Notes under the pieces: generated by a model
Seen by the model: the letters and a program-made list of their open reading frames with translations, nothing else
Database searches by the model: none
Told to the model about the DNA's origin: nothing
Program-made: the position numbers and the translations under genes
In this document: in pieces, positions 24,578 through 40,039 of the stretch
How positions within the stretch are numbered: the first letter of the stretch is position 1
Layout of the letters: every line of letters starts with the position of its first letter
Assembly: GCA_965649825.1 (NCBI GenBank)
Contig: OZ287716.1
Span: forward strand, 143,778-207,777
From: Penicillus capitatus
Taxonomy: Eukaryota > Plantae > Chlorophyta
DNA length: 64,000 bases
Direction: 5' to 3'

Positions 24578-27139
24578 TTGGAAAATGCTTACTTTCTCAT
24601 GCGGCGACAGGCAGTCGTGGAAGCACCGACTCTTCCGACGCCGAGGCTTCGAAGAAAACAGCGACGTGCTTCGTCAGATATGTCTGTCAGCAGTCGCTTA
24701 GATTCCTTCGATGTTGAGACGCCTCTGTCGACGGCAGAGTCCACAGCATCTTCTGCTCTTTTCTCCAAGGACAGCGATTCCGTCAAGGTTTACTGCAAAA
24801 CACCAGAAGAGTGCATTGTCTACTGGATATGGATAGGTGTTTGTGAGAATGCGCCCTCCCAGTGCTAAAGAAATCAAAGAGGAAAATCAGCTAAGCGTCT
24901 ACAAGACCAGTGATTCCAGCCTTCAGCTAAAAACCAGCGAAGGCTTCAAGAATTTTACTTTTGATGCCGTTGTTGGAGATCAAGTGGATCAGGAAATGCT
25001 TTTCAGAAGTACCCAGTGCAGCATTAACTATGGGACCTTTCTGAACAAGGATCTGTTTTGTAGACTACGCAGCATCTGTTGTGGAAAGGTGTCTCTCTGG
25101 CTACAACGGATGCATTTTTGCTTACGGGCAGACTGGAAGTGGCAAAACCTACACAATGCTCGGCGACGTCTCTTTGGGCAACCAGGATGCACTTGGCGAC
25201 TCAGTACCACACTCCACATCTCTCTCGCCAGTGTCAGTTAATACTTTGCATTCTAGGCGGGTATCATTCCGCGTGTCTTCGAGTACCTGTTCGAGTTGCT
25301 CGAAGAACGAAAGAGCGAGACGCTGAGCAAAGTGGATTACGAATGCAAGTGTTCTTTTTTGGAGATCTACAACGAGAGCATTACGGATTTGCTGAATCCC
25401 ACGAAAAGAAACTTGCAGGTCAGAGAAGACAAACACGGGACGCATGCAGCCGGACTTACTGAGCAAACGGTTCAATCTGGTCAGCATCATGTCACATCAC
25501 GACACCATGAGTCATGTCTGTCTGTCTGTCTACAGTGGATGAAGCAGTTGCTTTAATGCGAATGGGGACGTCTAATCGAAAAGTGGCACATACGCAGATG
25601 AATGCCGAATCCAGCAGATCTCACAGTATCTTGTCATGTATCGTCACCACCAGAAGATACAATGACAATGGAATTGTATCTGTCTTGCGATCGCGCCTGA
25701 ACCTCGTCGATCTAGCAGGTCTGCCAATTCCGCATGTTTGTGCTCATAGCGATGTATGTCTGTCTGCGTGTAGGTAGCGAACGGCAGAGTACCACGGGAG
25801 CGAGTGGGACACGCCTAAAAGAGGCATCCAGTATTAACAAATCCCTGAGTACTCTGGGATTGGTGATTATGTCTTTGGCCGATACAAAAAGCAAAAAGCC
25901 GAAGCATGTCCCTTACAGAGACTCCAAACTGACTTTTCTGCTGCAAGATTCGCTCGGAGGTAATGCAAATGCTGTGATGATTGCCAACATCAGTCCCTCC
26001 ACAAAGAACATTAATGAAACACTGAGTACCCTGAGATTTGCACGTGGGGCTAAACGCGTTAAGAACAAAGCTGTGGCCAACCACGACTGCGTTGGAAACA
26101 TCTCTTCACTCAAAGCGGAAATCGCTCTTCTCAAACAGGAGCTTAAAACTCTTAAAGACAAGGTTCGGCGATTCCATGCACTTCTGCTGGCTTTCCTCAT
26201 GCGTTCCTTGTTCACCAGTGTCAACGTGTGGAGCACGAGGTTGAGACAAACAGCATCAATATGGTGCATCTTGGTGCTGATGGGAGTGGGGATAGCACCC
26301 AAGACGTATCGGAATCTGTAGAAGTAGAGATTGGCGGACTAGACAAAACTCTGGCCTCCGCGCTGCGCAGAGAAGATGCAGCTCATCGCACGGTTCTCGC
26401 CCTCTCTGAGGAGATCGTGCTTCTCCAATCTGCTATGGAAATTAAGCAGAGCGAGATTAGACAGTACAGATTGATTGGGAAATTCAAGGACGAAAAGATC
26501 CAAAGACTGGAGGAGATGATCAAAAATCAAATGCGTCCGACAGCCGGAGACGATAGCGAAATCCAGCGTCTGAAAAGCGAGGTCGCGTTTTTCAAAGAAA
26601 AGGCGAGCAGGGCGCCAGACGCCACACGATATGCAAGTGCGGCATTCTGTCTGTGCTCAATGTCTTCACCCAACCAACGCTTTCTGTGTCACGACAGTTG
26701 AAAACATGCAACTCAAACACGAGCTATCAACATTGAAATGGAGTTTGGAGTGCGACAATCATAAAGAACACTTCGATCAACAGATTATGGAGCTGAGAGA
26801 GAAACTCCTGGAAGTTAACGAGGTAATAGCTGCCTCTCTTACCTACAGCAGCAGTAGATGAATTGTGATCCTGGACTGCAGGAGATTCGAAAGTATAGAG
26901 AGCTGGATCTGCTGGCGTCCAAAAGAAAGACGGAAGAGACAACATCCCTGGCGACCGTGATTCAGCATTCGAGTCGCATGCCCCGCCTCTTCCGCAGCTC
27001 TAAGAGTCGGCAAGAACGCGAAGAGCTGATTTCACGTTACCTGATGCACTTGACAAAGTGGGCAAAGACGGTCGTGGGTGTCATCACGAGGCCAATTGCC
27101 AGACTCAGAGGCAGAATGAACAAGGAAGCAAAGGGATGA
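24578..27139 (+). CDS. Kinesin-12 family motor (KIF15/PAKRP-like) with coiled coil, spliced; start uncertain
   Basis: [86 protein letters not shown]. Confidence 0.9.
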
Positions 27140-27562
27140 GCACCGAACCATCCTTTGGCAGATTTTGATGTTCTTTGTCGAGACTCTCTGCTGAATGTGT
27201 GTATAATGGATTGGGCAGGACTAAACGATAGCATGGGGATGGAACGATAGATTGGGCAGTAGAGTGTGTCGTCCTTTTCAGCTGTGTGTCGTTGAGCAGT
27301 TAAGTTAATAAACGCAATAACTGCGGGGTCAACCATCACACCATCCATCCATTTGAGAAATACCTTTAGTTTTAATCGCTATTTGTATCCTTTATTTTAC
27401 ATCGTGTGTGAGAAAACGAATAAACAGCACCATTGTGATCCAATCAGGGAAACAGCAACTGTTGATCTCCACACCCCATGCTCTCACTTACAATATAAAT
27501 GTTTGGTGACATTGCTTTTACAAGGAAAACTCAAAGATAGAAGAAGAGCCCTGCAGAATACT

Positions 27563-29381
<1,819 letters not shown>

Positions 29382-29672
29382 TTTGTGACTCGAGGCCGCG
29401 AAATCAAGACACAGATGTCAAGCGCCGTCCCGATGAATAAAATGACCAGATTCTGGATGTTTAATGCGGTACGTCTCGCAGCACGAACACAGACAATGTG
29501 CATCAGAAAACGGCTCTCGCACAAAATCTCACTCAAACGCCCATTCCTTTCATTAAAGCCTTTACACTTTACAGCATCTGGACATTCCTTGTGTTTTGCC
29601 GATGGAGATGGTGATGGCTTTACTCAGCTGTCACATCAAGAGTGTGATGACTGGATGTGTGTTCGTGTGACA

Positions 29673-30263
29673 TCAATCGCTGATGTGTGACGTTTCTACT
29701 GTTGTTTGTTGTCCTCCCTGCAATCGCTTGACCCCTTCACAGCGAATCTTCTCTGCCGTTTTCAGAATGTCGTCAGAATCGATGACAGCCAATCCCTTAA
29801 ATCGCCATACTCCATCCTTCCCTCTACTTTTCATCTTCCTCCTCCTTTCAGCGATTAGCTTTCGCTTTTTGGGTCTCTTTGTCACGGACACAACGTTCGT
29901 CCTTGATTTTGTAGTAAAAGGAATGCCAGGGGCCATGTGTTTGAATAGTCGGATCCCACCAGCCTCACGTTCTTCCGTTACCTTTTCGGCAGACTCTCTG
30001 CTCTTCTTTGCGTTTCTACGAATCGTCTTCTCTTTGCCAAAGAGTCGCTGGAATTCCACTTCCAGTCTCTCATCAAGTTTCTCTCGAAGTCGCTGCTGTC
30101 TTCGATTAAGCGTCATAGCTCTTTCTTCGCGAGGCGCTGTCGTTTTTTGTCTCGGCTGCGTAATGTTTGTGACGTCGAAATCGGCACTGCTGGAAATCGT
30201 GGCAAGTCGAGATCGCCATTCGGATGCGTCGTCAGTAGATGATGCGCTCTTCTCGACGGACAT
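29673..30263 (-). CDS. Basic nuclear protein, possibly CUSTOS (C12orf43)-like
   Basis: 196-aa ORF. Recalled similarity of LREKLDERLE, GGIRLFKHMAPG and W-R...AV...DDIL to CUSTOS motifs; not verified by search. Confidence 0.45.
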   Translation of the reverse strand: MSVEKSASSTDDASEWRSRLATISSSADFDVTNITQPRQKTTAPREERAMTLNRRQQRLREKLDERLEVEFQRLFGKEKTIRRNAKKSRESAEKVTEEREAGGIRLFKHMAPGIPFTTKSRTNVVSVTKRPKKRKLIAERRRKMKSRGKDGVWRFKGLAVIDSDDILKTAEKIRCEGVKRLQGGQQTTVETSHISD

Positions 30264-30337
30264 ATCGTCATGAATGTCATTAAAGGCAGTGATCGCACCG
30301 ATTGGTTATTTTGCGTTTCTGACTAACCCCTCCGTAA

Positions 30338-32516
30338 ATGGACGGCGGTGCGCGCCAACTAAGGAGTAGTCAGAAATCCGGCGCGCGCGAGGGCACCGAT
30401 CGTGCAGTTCCGACCTCAATGCGTGCAAAGGTCTGCACTGCGGTCGTTGTTAAACAACTCGATCTTTGTGTGGTCCAGGACACTAGCGGCGCTGCGAAAG
30501 CGGCAGCGGCCAAGAAAAGGGGTGCGTTGGACATGCTCTCTATCTGACTGCTCTTGCCTCGGACAGGTCGACCGAAGAGACGCAACGCAGCTGCGGAAGA
30601 GACCGAAACTGGAAAGGGTCGCCAGACCACGGCAGATGTCCCTATCTCCGAGGAAGAATGGGACGTCGCCGAATATCGAGTACGTTTGAGGGGACGTATA
30701 AAACTGACCGTTAACGGACATTTGTGTTTCTTGTTTAGGCAGGGTATCTTCAACAGAAAGCGCGAGCAGATCGTTTCGAAGCGCTGCAAGCCGGAGCTAG
30801 CGATGAAAGATTGAACGACATGGCCAAAATGTTGCGAGACGCGATGGACAAGCTCATGACGGCGACCTTAAAAGAAACGCAAGAGATGATGCACAGACAA
30901 CAGGAACGACACCATCTCGAAATGAAAGAGCTTCGAGGCGAAATGCAGAAGATGGTGACGCGGATAAAGACAGACACCACCACCCCCAGACATAAAGCAT
31001 CCATTCAGCAGAAGACCGCCCTACAAGAGAAGATGACAGAACAGATGGAACAGGTCGACCTCGTGTCACCGCCAGGAAGTCCAAGTCGAGTCTCCAATGA
31101 TGGAAAAGAACATAGAAGACTTGCCAGTTCCTTAAGGAGTCCGACTCAGCCAGCCACAGCAAAATCGTCACCCCAGGTCCTCTCTGCTCCAGCAAAGCAG
31201 TCGCGATCTGTGGCCAGGTACCATCTTACATTTGATGATGTGTTTCTTTGTGCAATCGGTAGGCCAATTCCCAGTATGTCGCCGGCCAGAAGGGCTGCTG
31301 ATGTCTCTGTGGGTGTCGAAGCGTGTCCAGAAGTGCGTGTGCCACTGACACGATCTGCAGCGTCGATCAAGAAGGCGGCGGATAAGAATTCCGATCGAGA
31401 AAAGTCGCCATCGGCTCAGGTGCTGCCATCACTCAACAGATTCGGAGAGAAAAATCCGAATCGAGAAAAAGTATCATCGACACGAGCATCGGCATCTGGT
31501 GAAAAGCCGACAGAGACTGCCGAAGTGGAAAGAACTCCCTTGACAACTGCTGCGAGAAAGAGATCTCTGGATGACAAGATCCAGTTGGTCTACTCCAAGG
31601 GCAAAACCCCTGTTCACTCTCAAGCACTGGCTGCTACTCACAGAGCCATCAACCGTACCGTTTCCCGTTCCGCTTTCGGTAAATCCACAGATGTCACGTA
31701 AGTATATCGAGAATCTGCTGCGATCGATGACATCGCGTTCACTTAGGAGTTGCTATGATTTATTTCCAGGATTGGAAATCTTTGGTTTCGAACGTCAATT
31801 AATCTCCGAAAATGAGATCGTGTATAGACACGTCATGACGTCCGAAGTGTTCGCTTTTCTGTCCGAGAATTTCAACTCCGATGAGAAGGAGATGCAATTT
31901 CAACCCATGACGCACGGAGATCTCTGGCGCTGCCTTCCTGACGAACTTAAGGTCCGGTCCTCCATGAAGCCTCGATTTCTCAAACCCTGGTCTATGTGTG
32001 ATACAGGCAGGCCAGATTCTATTTAAGCGATCTCAGCTGAAGAACTTCGCATCAGTCATCGTCCGTTGTATGGTGGAGTGTTACGACGAAGCACCGTCGA
32101 AAAAGCCTTGTCTGCGTAAGAGTATTTGACAAAGGGAAGTTTTCATAAAGGAGATCTTAATAACAACGTCTATGTTTGGATAAGTAAAAAACTCTGTGTA
32201 CAGTTTGATCTGGCAGCAACAGACTTTCTTAAGGATCTATCAACGTGCTTCGACACTCGTCACCACTGCCATGCACCACGGCGCCGCCATGCCATTTTCT
32301 ACGCACCGCCGATCTGCAGAACGACATGAGCTGCTGCAAGATGAGCTGAGCAAACGCTTAGCCCAGGACCTGAAGGCAGCTGCAGTAGATCTTGAAACGA
32401 AGGAGATAAACAGAGATCTTGTCCCGTGGTTCGGACTCACGCTGCCTCGTGGGCGCAGATCGACTTCAAAAACGGCGTCTTCGTATAGAAGTGACGTTTG
32501 GCTGACGTCATGCTGA
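30338..32516 (+). CDS. Hypothetical spliced protein with AT-hook (KKRGRPKRR) and coiled coil; 3' end uncertain
   Basis: Splicing of short GT-AG introns joins 30338-31701 in frame and creates KKRG|RPKRR. Downstream exons less certain. Confidence 0.5.
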
Positions 32517-33229
32517 TATCGCCCGCCATCTATAAAACCCACATCGCCTTTTGCCAGCGTCTTTAGAGAAACGCGATTTTGAATCCACTGCCTGCTCTGT
32601 TTTGAAACAACGCAAAAACCAACAGTGAAGTAAGATGAATGCCTCTGCCGACCAAAAAGAGATTTATGCGCGTGTTGTTCGTTCGTGCAGAGATGGACAG
32701 CATGACATCGATGTTCACGTTCCAGCACTTGTGCAACGACGCGTCACAGTTTAGTGACTTTGGCTCGTTTAACGATCGAGACAGCTACTACTCCGACTCG
32801 GGCGACGCTGCATCTCGATATACACATCACTTTACGCTGACCGTTCCGCACGTCGACCTGGACGACATAGACAAGGCCACTGGCTGGGCTTCAGCTTGAA
32901 AGCCCATTGTACAAAGACGTGTCAAGCTTACATCCGGGACGATGTCTCCTCTCTGGACGAAACCCTTTGGCATTTCTTTAAGTGCCAAAATTTTGTTGCT
33001 CGAACCCGAGCGCCTGTCTTTTTGAGTTTTTTCTTCTGCGGTCACTCTCTTATGTAGAGGGAATGAATGAACCGTTGTTGTTGGATACGATTCTGCCTAG
33101 AAGCTGGATCTGTTGTTGTACGAGTACGATGTTTGATGTCTGTATAAGTCCTGGATGTAAGATGAGAGCATTATTGTCGAATTCTGAGATGACCATCACA
33201 CATCATCCCTCTCACTCTTTCCCCCTCCA

Positions 33230-36200
33230 TCATTCCGAATCTAGAGTCAGAGTGATGTGACAGGAGCCATGATGACTGCTCTACCTAATAGATCAGCAAA
33301 GTCATCTGCCGATGCGAAATCTCCCGGGAGGCTGGTCTTGGATGTCTTATGTCTTTTCCTCGATCGCAGAGATTTGCCTTCCCTATAGAACAGACTCAGA
33401 ACAGAAGGAGAGGGGTTGGGAATACGAGTCAGATGTGTCGGAAGAAAGGTCAGGAAACTCCTCCGTGGGCAGATCGATGTCCTCTGACATCTCACCTTCA
33501 TCACTCGTTTCTTCATCTCCTTTCGACTCCAGATCGTCTGCACAAACCAACACAATATCATTCTGCATCAGAGTGTGGAGGTTGTCCAGTTGCCTTCGTC
33601 TGAAGAATCGATGCTGTCTTCATCTGCCTCCGCTATGTCTTGCATAAGATCAGAATAGTCAAACAGCTCGTTCGGCAGTTTTGTGTTCTCTTCGGTGGCT
33701 GATGCAAACATCTCATCCAGGCCGTCCTCCATGTCCACATCGTCACCCAAATCTAAGCTCTGCAAAGATTCGAGATCGTCGACACTATCATCCTGTTGCA
33801 GGAATGATCTCTGCTGATCGAGACTGTCTTTCTTCTGCGATGCTTTCGATTTCTTAAGATTCTTGGCCGTTTGCCGTGCCTCTCGTGCTTTCTTTACGCT
33901 TTGCAGAGTAAAATACTTGTGGAAAAAGAGATCCTCCTGTATACACACAGACATGTCGTCCGCAGAGGTGTGTCCATGATGATCCATCATCATACCGCTG
34001 GGACGTCTCTAGCCGCCAAAGAATCGAAAGTGGTCGATCCATGGTAAGGAGATGCAAGGGATGTTCCGGGAGTTGTGGGGATCCGTCCGTCAAACTCTGT
34101 CTTCGTTTTCGAATCTTTTCCATTCACAAATTTATCAAGGAATGCAAAAAGAGTGAGCTCCTGCAGAGGATCTCCACGAGAAACGGCGGACTGCGATGAA
34201 AGCAGAGATTCTGCCATTGAATGCACAACTGGATGATAGAAATGTCGTGCTGCACACAGTTCCCACAAACATGTCTGGTCGGCTCCACTATAAATCGGCT
34301 CCCTGCGTTCATCGACTGCACAGGGACCATTTCTGCATGGTAACGATACCTATGATCAATTCTGTATGGATAGGAGGCCGATGCTGCCGTCGCTTCGCGT
34401 TTCTGTGGTGTGTTGATGTTTGAGTCCTCTGTCAAGTGTGATTGCTCTTCTGGTTGAAGGATGCCACTCTTGAGACCTGGCTTGAACTGATCAGCAGTTC
34501 AATGTCAACGCCCAAACTGTCACATCACATAGGGGAAAGCACCTTCATCAGTTCTGATGTGACCAAGAGGAACGCGCCGTAAAGACGAGGCTCGGCATTG
34601 CTGGCAACCTGCAGCAGTCTTTTCACGAATGCAGCCGCTCTGGAGAGACACGGATCATCTTTGATCGCCTAAGAAGGTCACACATTCAACCATCATCACT
34701 CCGATCGTGAAAAGCTCTGCCTTAAAGAGCGTCGAAATGAAAAGCGGAAGCCGTTTTGAATCTGCCATGTGTGGGTCCAAAATCTTTTCGTACATTGCCC
34801 GGTAGAGCCGATCCAGACAGTTTGCCTTCACTGGCAGAATCTGCGTGAGCAGAGCCATGACTTGTACACTGACACCAAAAGGCGCCACATGAATCATCCG
34901 AAACAGTCCCTGGGTGTGTTTCTCCAACAGATCGCCAAGTATCGAGGCGTCGGCGAACGGAAAGGATCGTCGGATTCCGGAGATCAAAGAACCAAAGATC
35001 GTTGCATCCACCTCTGAGCGTGCCGATGTCTTCTTGTGTTGGTGATGCTGTTTCCGTCGCTTTTTACTCCCAGAAGCAAGTTTCTTATTCTCTTCCTAAA
35101 ACCACAGCACCTTCTGTTTGTGAGTCAGCAGATGCGACTCGAGACAGAGTAGACCTGACGCGCAAGGTCGTGTTTGCTGCCGATACTGCCATCCACCATT
35201 TGCTGAAAGAGTGTGAAGCACATATCTATGTAAGATGTTGCTGTCTTCCTATCTGTCTCGTTGTGTTCATATTCGATCAGATTGAATGTTTGCAAGATGC
35301 GATGAATCGAACGAATGGTCGTCCCAGAGAGATAGACAAACTTCTCAACCTGGATCATCGTCATCTCACACATAATGGCGGCTCATACCGACCCTTTCTC
35401 ACTTCTCTCAAAACGATGTGCTTCATACGTGGATGTCGGGCGATGAGTTTTGAAACAAGGAATGCCACTTTTGAACCGACCTTTTTCGACTTGTCTCCAA
35501 ATTTGTGGATCAGAATCGACAGGAGCTGTGCCTCTTGTTCAGGTTTACTGTAGAGCAAATCTGAAACGAGTGAAACGGCTTCGGAACGCAAATGTTCCAG
35601 AGGCGCCAGCGATGCCGATTCCAAGCACGACACCAGACGGAGGAACTTTTGCTTCAGCCCATCCTCGACAAACCAAAGTATAAGATACTGCTGAGACGTT
35701 TCCTGATCTTTTAATAACTACAGAAACGCGAAACGATCTCAGAGCAGCAAAAGAGAGCTGAGTTTACATGCAGAGGGCGATCTTCAAAGAACACAAGCTT
35801 GCGATCCGGCAAGAGGAAACACTTGAAGATTTCTGCCAAAGCTTTGAGTGCATGAATCACGATGTCTCGACTGCCTTTCTGCTTTTCAGCTACACTCAGG
35901 AGATAGTCCAGTTCTTGTATATTGGGCACAACAGCGTCTCGTATCAGCAATGAGAAGGCCGCAATCTTGTCGACATGTGTTCCTTGTTCTCTTACCTGGT
36001 GGATCTCTTAGATCACAGAACACAGAGAGGCTGGACATACCTGCAACAGCCATTTGCCCTGTTTCTTGCTGGAATGCATGCGATACTCAAAAGCATCTTT
36101 CTCATTTTGACACAGATCGGAAGCTCTCTGACGTTGTTGTTGAATCTGAACATCGTTGAGGGACAATCCTTGTATGACATCTGGTTTCTCCAGCGAAGGC

Positions 36201-36611
36201 AATTCCTCCAGAGCCACGTGCCAGATGGGAGACATGGATTTTGGAAGAATGGATCGAGCCTTACGAAGCTCTGGGAAATACCATCGGCGAGAATCTCACG
36301 TGTATAGAGCACTTGCTTTTCATCTTCGCTGTTGATTTTTCCTCTGGTCCGCTGAGAATTTCCAACAAGGCGTGCTTATCGTATACATCTGTCTTGACCC
36401 CTCTTTTCTTCGGTTGTTTTCTTTGTATGTTCGTTCGCTGTTTGGGCGGTTTCTCCTGGCGAGATCTCTGCACTTTTTTCTTCTTCTTTTGCTCCGACAG
36501 TTTATTGTCGACCGAGTTGAGATCGATTGGGGGGTGGCCACTGTGTGGAGTGAGCTTCGGAGTGAATCCCAACTGCGACGCCACCTGTGCCACTTCTCGA
36601 CGCAGATCCAT
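33230..36611 (-). CDS. NOC1: Ribosome biogenesis factor NOC1/MAK21/CEBPZ, spliced
   Basis: DKIAAFSLLIRD, FLLPDRKL, LLYSKPEQEAQLLSILIHKFGD, LDRLYRAMYEKILDP, acidic tail ending FASADDFADLL|DSE*. Confidence 0.85.
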
Positions 36612-36700
36612 AATGCCGCAAATGAAGACATCTCATCAGTTCCTGTCGATCGTTTTACGTATCGAATCGACGCTTTTGTGCGCGATTTCTTTTCGAAACG

Positions 36701-37714
36701 ATGTTCGGCTTTCAGCCCCCGTCACAGCAGCCTCCGCCCCAAGTCCGAATCAAGCTGTGTACTCATGCGTCAAGTGACTGGTGTTCAGGAGAACCTGAGG
36801 GAAACGGACACATTGACGGAGCTGTGTCACTTGGCTGAGGCTGTTCTGCCTCTTCCCGAAAACAAAGAATATCGTTTGAGGCGCATCTTTGTGGATATTG
36901 ACGGCGAGAAACGCGATCTGAACAGTGTCCCCGTGCTGACGCCTCATGAACATGTCCAAGTCCGACATCAAGCGCAACGTCTCGGTATCGTTTCTGGGAG
37001 GTAGTCCAGCCCCCTCAACGCCATCATGTTGTGTCGGACTCGTTGATGTGCCCAGTTGGTTACCAACGGCGGCAGTGGGCTTCGATGGCCTTAAGACACG
37101 ATTTGTCTCTCAACAGAAGGCGATTAAAGATCAAGACGAGATGATCGCCTCCATGAAGACGAGACTTGAACGCGAGAGCATTTCTTATCGAAAGAATTGC
37201 GCGTAGAGACAACCTCTCTTTGAAAATCGCATAGACACAATGTCATCTGTTGCAGGGATCGATTGCAGAAATGGTCGAAGCTGATGCGACAGACAGAGAC
37301 GGAACTGCTCGAATTGTTCAAACTAGCAGAAGAATGCACAACACGACAGGCAATTGACCAGTACACACGATCATCTGCCAATCCTTGCGGATGTGATGTC
37401 CTGTACGTATTTTGAACAGAGGGAAAACGGGAAGCAGCAAGAGCTCTCTCGGCAAAGTGACTGAAGAAGTTCAAGCAGTGCGGCGCCAAATTCAGCATCA
37501 CAACTTAAAGGCTCGCGTCTTGGCGGTGGAGCAGGACATGTACATGCATGGAGTCCAGTCAACGGAGACAGGCAGTCGAGAACCTGCGAAAAATGTCGAG
37601 GAGAAGAGATTGCTACTCAGACAGAGCAGAGAAAAGCTCAGACGAGCACAAGGAAAGCTTGAGGAATGTGAGAGAGATGTCAACGTGATAAGGCATGGGG
37701 GTTCAATGTCATAA
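36701..37714 (+). CDS. NUP54: Nucleoporin Nup54-like, spliced
   Basis: Starts MFGFQ. AVGFDGLKTRFVSQ resembles Nup54 VGFxxLxxRLxxQ, and C-terminal LEECERDVNVIRHG resembles IKDDLEDIKLVEHG. Middle exons unresolved. Confidence 0.55.
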
Positions 37715-37955
37715 TAGACGCGACAGCAGCGTCCATCTCGTGCAAGGCTTTGATCATGAAACCCTTTTCGCCTCTGTATAAGGCGTTAATATACAGCGAG
37801 GAGCAAAACTCTCGACGTTTTTTATCTTATGCGCGAGACTTTTCGAATAAAGCGTGTGTTGGTGAGATCCGCATTTTCAAATCTCGATCGCGACAAGACT
37901 CGCCGAATAGATCATTGCGGCAAAGAATTCCGAGCTTGGACAGACAGGAAGATAG

Positions 37956-39035
37956 ATGACTGGAGGACTGGGATCTGTGTCTCGCGGTCTTTATAATGCA
38001 TGGCGTCAAATCTGGGAATCCAGTGCCGTTCTCGATGCTCAGCCTGTTCTAGCGAAGGCGAAAATCCGTTTTGCAAAGACCGTCGCCACTCTCGCTTTTG
38101 AATACGGCACACTCAAAGGTAAAGCGCGACTGTCCCGTCAGGACTTGAGTGTTACAGCGACAAAAGAAGTGCCGGTTACAGTGCCGCCGAATGTGACGAA
38201 CGAAGAAGAGCATCTGTCAGAAAGCAAGGTTGCAGTGGTGATTCCTGCTCTGGTGACGAACAAAAAACACTCAGAGAATCTCCATCGCGTCATCGACTGC
38301 GTCTACCAGCAGTCCATGACACCTTCTCTTGTCATTGTGGTCGATGACGGATCCCCTGTTGCACAGGCATCCATTCTTCGCCATTCATTTCCCCATTTAA
38401 CTATTATCCGTTCTGAGCAAAATGAAGGTCCTGCTGCTGCCAGAAACAAAGGATTCAAGGCTGCGCGAAGAGCAAAAATGGACTTTGTTTGCTTCACCGA
38501 TGCTGATTGTCTGCCAGAAAAGACATGGGTCGAAAACACGCTGAAGCATTTCGAACAGCACCCATTAGATGATATCATTGGTGGTATCACACGATCGTTC
38601 AATGGAAAGAACTATGTGGAACTGTTTCATGATGCCTTTGGAACGCTCAACGGCCGACTCCTGCCAGACGGTACGCTGCTCTATGCTGCCAGTTGCAATA
38701 TGGGCGTCCGCCTGAACACCGTTGCGGTAGAGTTTAACCCGGTGTTCTCCGAAGCGGCATTCGAAGACATCGATTTCTGTATCAATGCCAGAAAAGCTGG
38801 CGCAATTCTAAAGTCAGACGAGAGTGTGCGGGTCGTCCACGACTACGATGCGTCTATGGAAGGGCTGATTAAGCAATTCACCCGCTATGGGCGATCTTCT
38901 TCTTTGATGCAAAAGCTCCACCCATACTATCATTCATGGCTTGCAACGACACAGTCGGTGCCAGTCAAGAAATTCTCTCATGACGACGGGTCAGACTCAT
39001 CTTGTTCGTTATTGGAGAATCGAGGTTGGACTTAG
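37956..39035 (+). CDS. Family 2 glycosyltransferase, intronless, bacterial-like
   Basis: VAVVIP, VIVVDDGS, GPAAARNKG, FTDADC (DXD), FEDIDFC. Confidence 0.85.
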   Translation: MTGGLGSVSRGLYNAWRQIWESSAVLDAQPVLAKAKIRFAKTVATLAFEYGTLKGKARLSRQDLSVTATKEVPVTVPPNVTNEEEHLSESKVAVVIPALVTNKKHSENLHRVIDCVYQQSMTPSLVIVVDDGSPVAQASILRHSFPHLTIIRSEQNEGPAAARNKGFKAARRAKMDFVCFTDADCLPEKTWVENTLKHFEQHPLDDIIGGITRSFNGKNYVELFHDAFGTLNGRLLPDGTLLYAASCNMGVRLNTVAVEFNPVFSEAAFEDIDFCINARKAGAILKSDESVRVVHDYDASMEGLIKQFTRYGRSSSLMQKLHPYYHSWLATTQSVPVKKFSHDDGSDSSCSLLENRGWT

Positions 39036-40039
39036 TAGTCGGAACGGTCTTATGAAATAACAGAACGGGCTGTTTTTTGAAAGGCTCTTTAATCTCTGTA
39101 TATTTTGAAGCGTTTTTGCAGACGATAAAGGAAGTAGCAGACATAAATGATCTAGCACGATAAGATGAACGACGTAAACAGAACTGCTTCGAGTTTCCAC
39201 AGATTCTAGTCAATCACAGTCAGGGATGTGCAGAATAAAGCGTTGATAGGAGATGCGATGACACGACAGGAGAGCACGCTACATTTCTGTAGTTAGCATC
39301 GTAGAGCCGTCGATCATCGTTTTCCTCATACTGTAAGGACCGAAGATATTGCAAACAGAGGTCTAAGCGCGTCGAGGCCATGAATAGAAACGCATCGGTC
39401 GGGTTTTCTTACAGAACGAGCAGTATATCATTTTATATGTAAACGTCCTGTCATTCGACAGTGACGTCTCTTGATCTAACAGAATTCAGTTTGATCACAG
39501 TGGTGGTGTAATGCTCTCTCATTCGCGAACACACGTCGTCATCTCTGTAAGACAAGATAGGTAGGCGGCGCCATGCTGCATTCTATTCTGTGGAGGCAAT
39601 CTCCATCTGAGATAAACACGCTGGCGGCTAAAAGGTTCCTTAAAAATCGTCTAGTGCATTCGACACAGGGAAGATTACGTGAGGTCTTTGACAGCAGTTC
39701 ATTCTTACGCCATATCACTCTTTCCAAAACTAAAACCTCTGATATCACACTTCATTGTGTGTGGCAAAATACGAAAGGTAAAAAGAAAACAGAGAGCTTT
39801 GACAGCAGATCTTCTTTCAGCCTGTTTGCTGGACGCAACTCTACAACTGATAACGGTGTTTTCATCTTGTCTCTGTATCTGTATACTGTGACGTTGTTTA
39901 GAGAGGAGATTGTGTAAAGAATAGCTAACCTGTAGATCACTTCCTTAAAGTGCGATGATGTTGATCTGCGAGGCAGACTCGGATTTGGCGGCTTGTACTA
40001 GCTTCAATCCAGAACTGCCTTCACCGGCAGCCAGGCATT

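Noticed and set aside
29683-30273. 196-aa + strand ORF and similar long antisense ORFs (22712-23908, 28406-28969, 36372-37004 in part)
   Set aside because: Shadow frames of recognisable genes on the opposite strand.
39200-40030. Short ORFs between GT2 and the first array (for example 39573-39917)
   Set aside because: No motifs, no homology to the other copies' left arm, and no consistent splice model.
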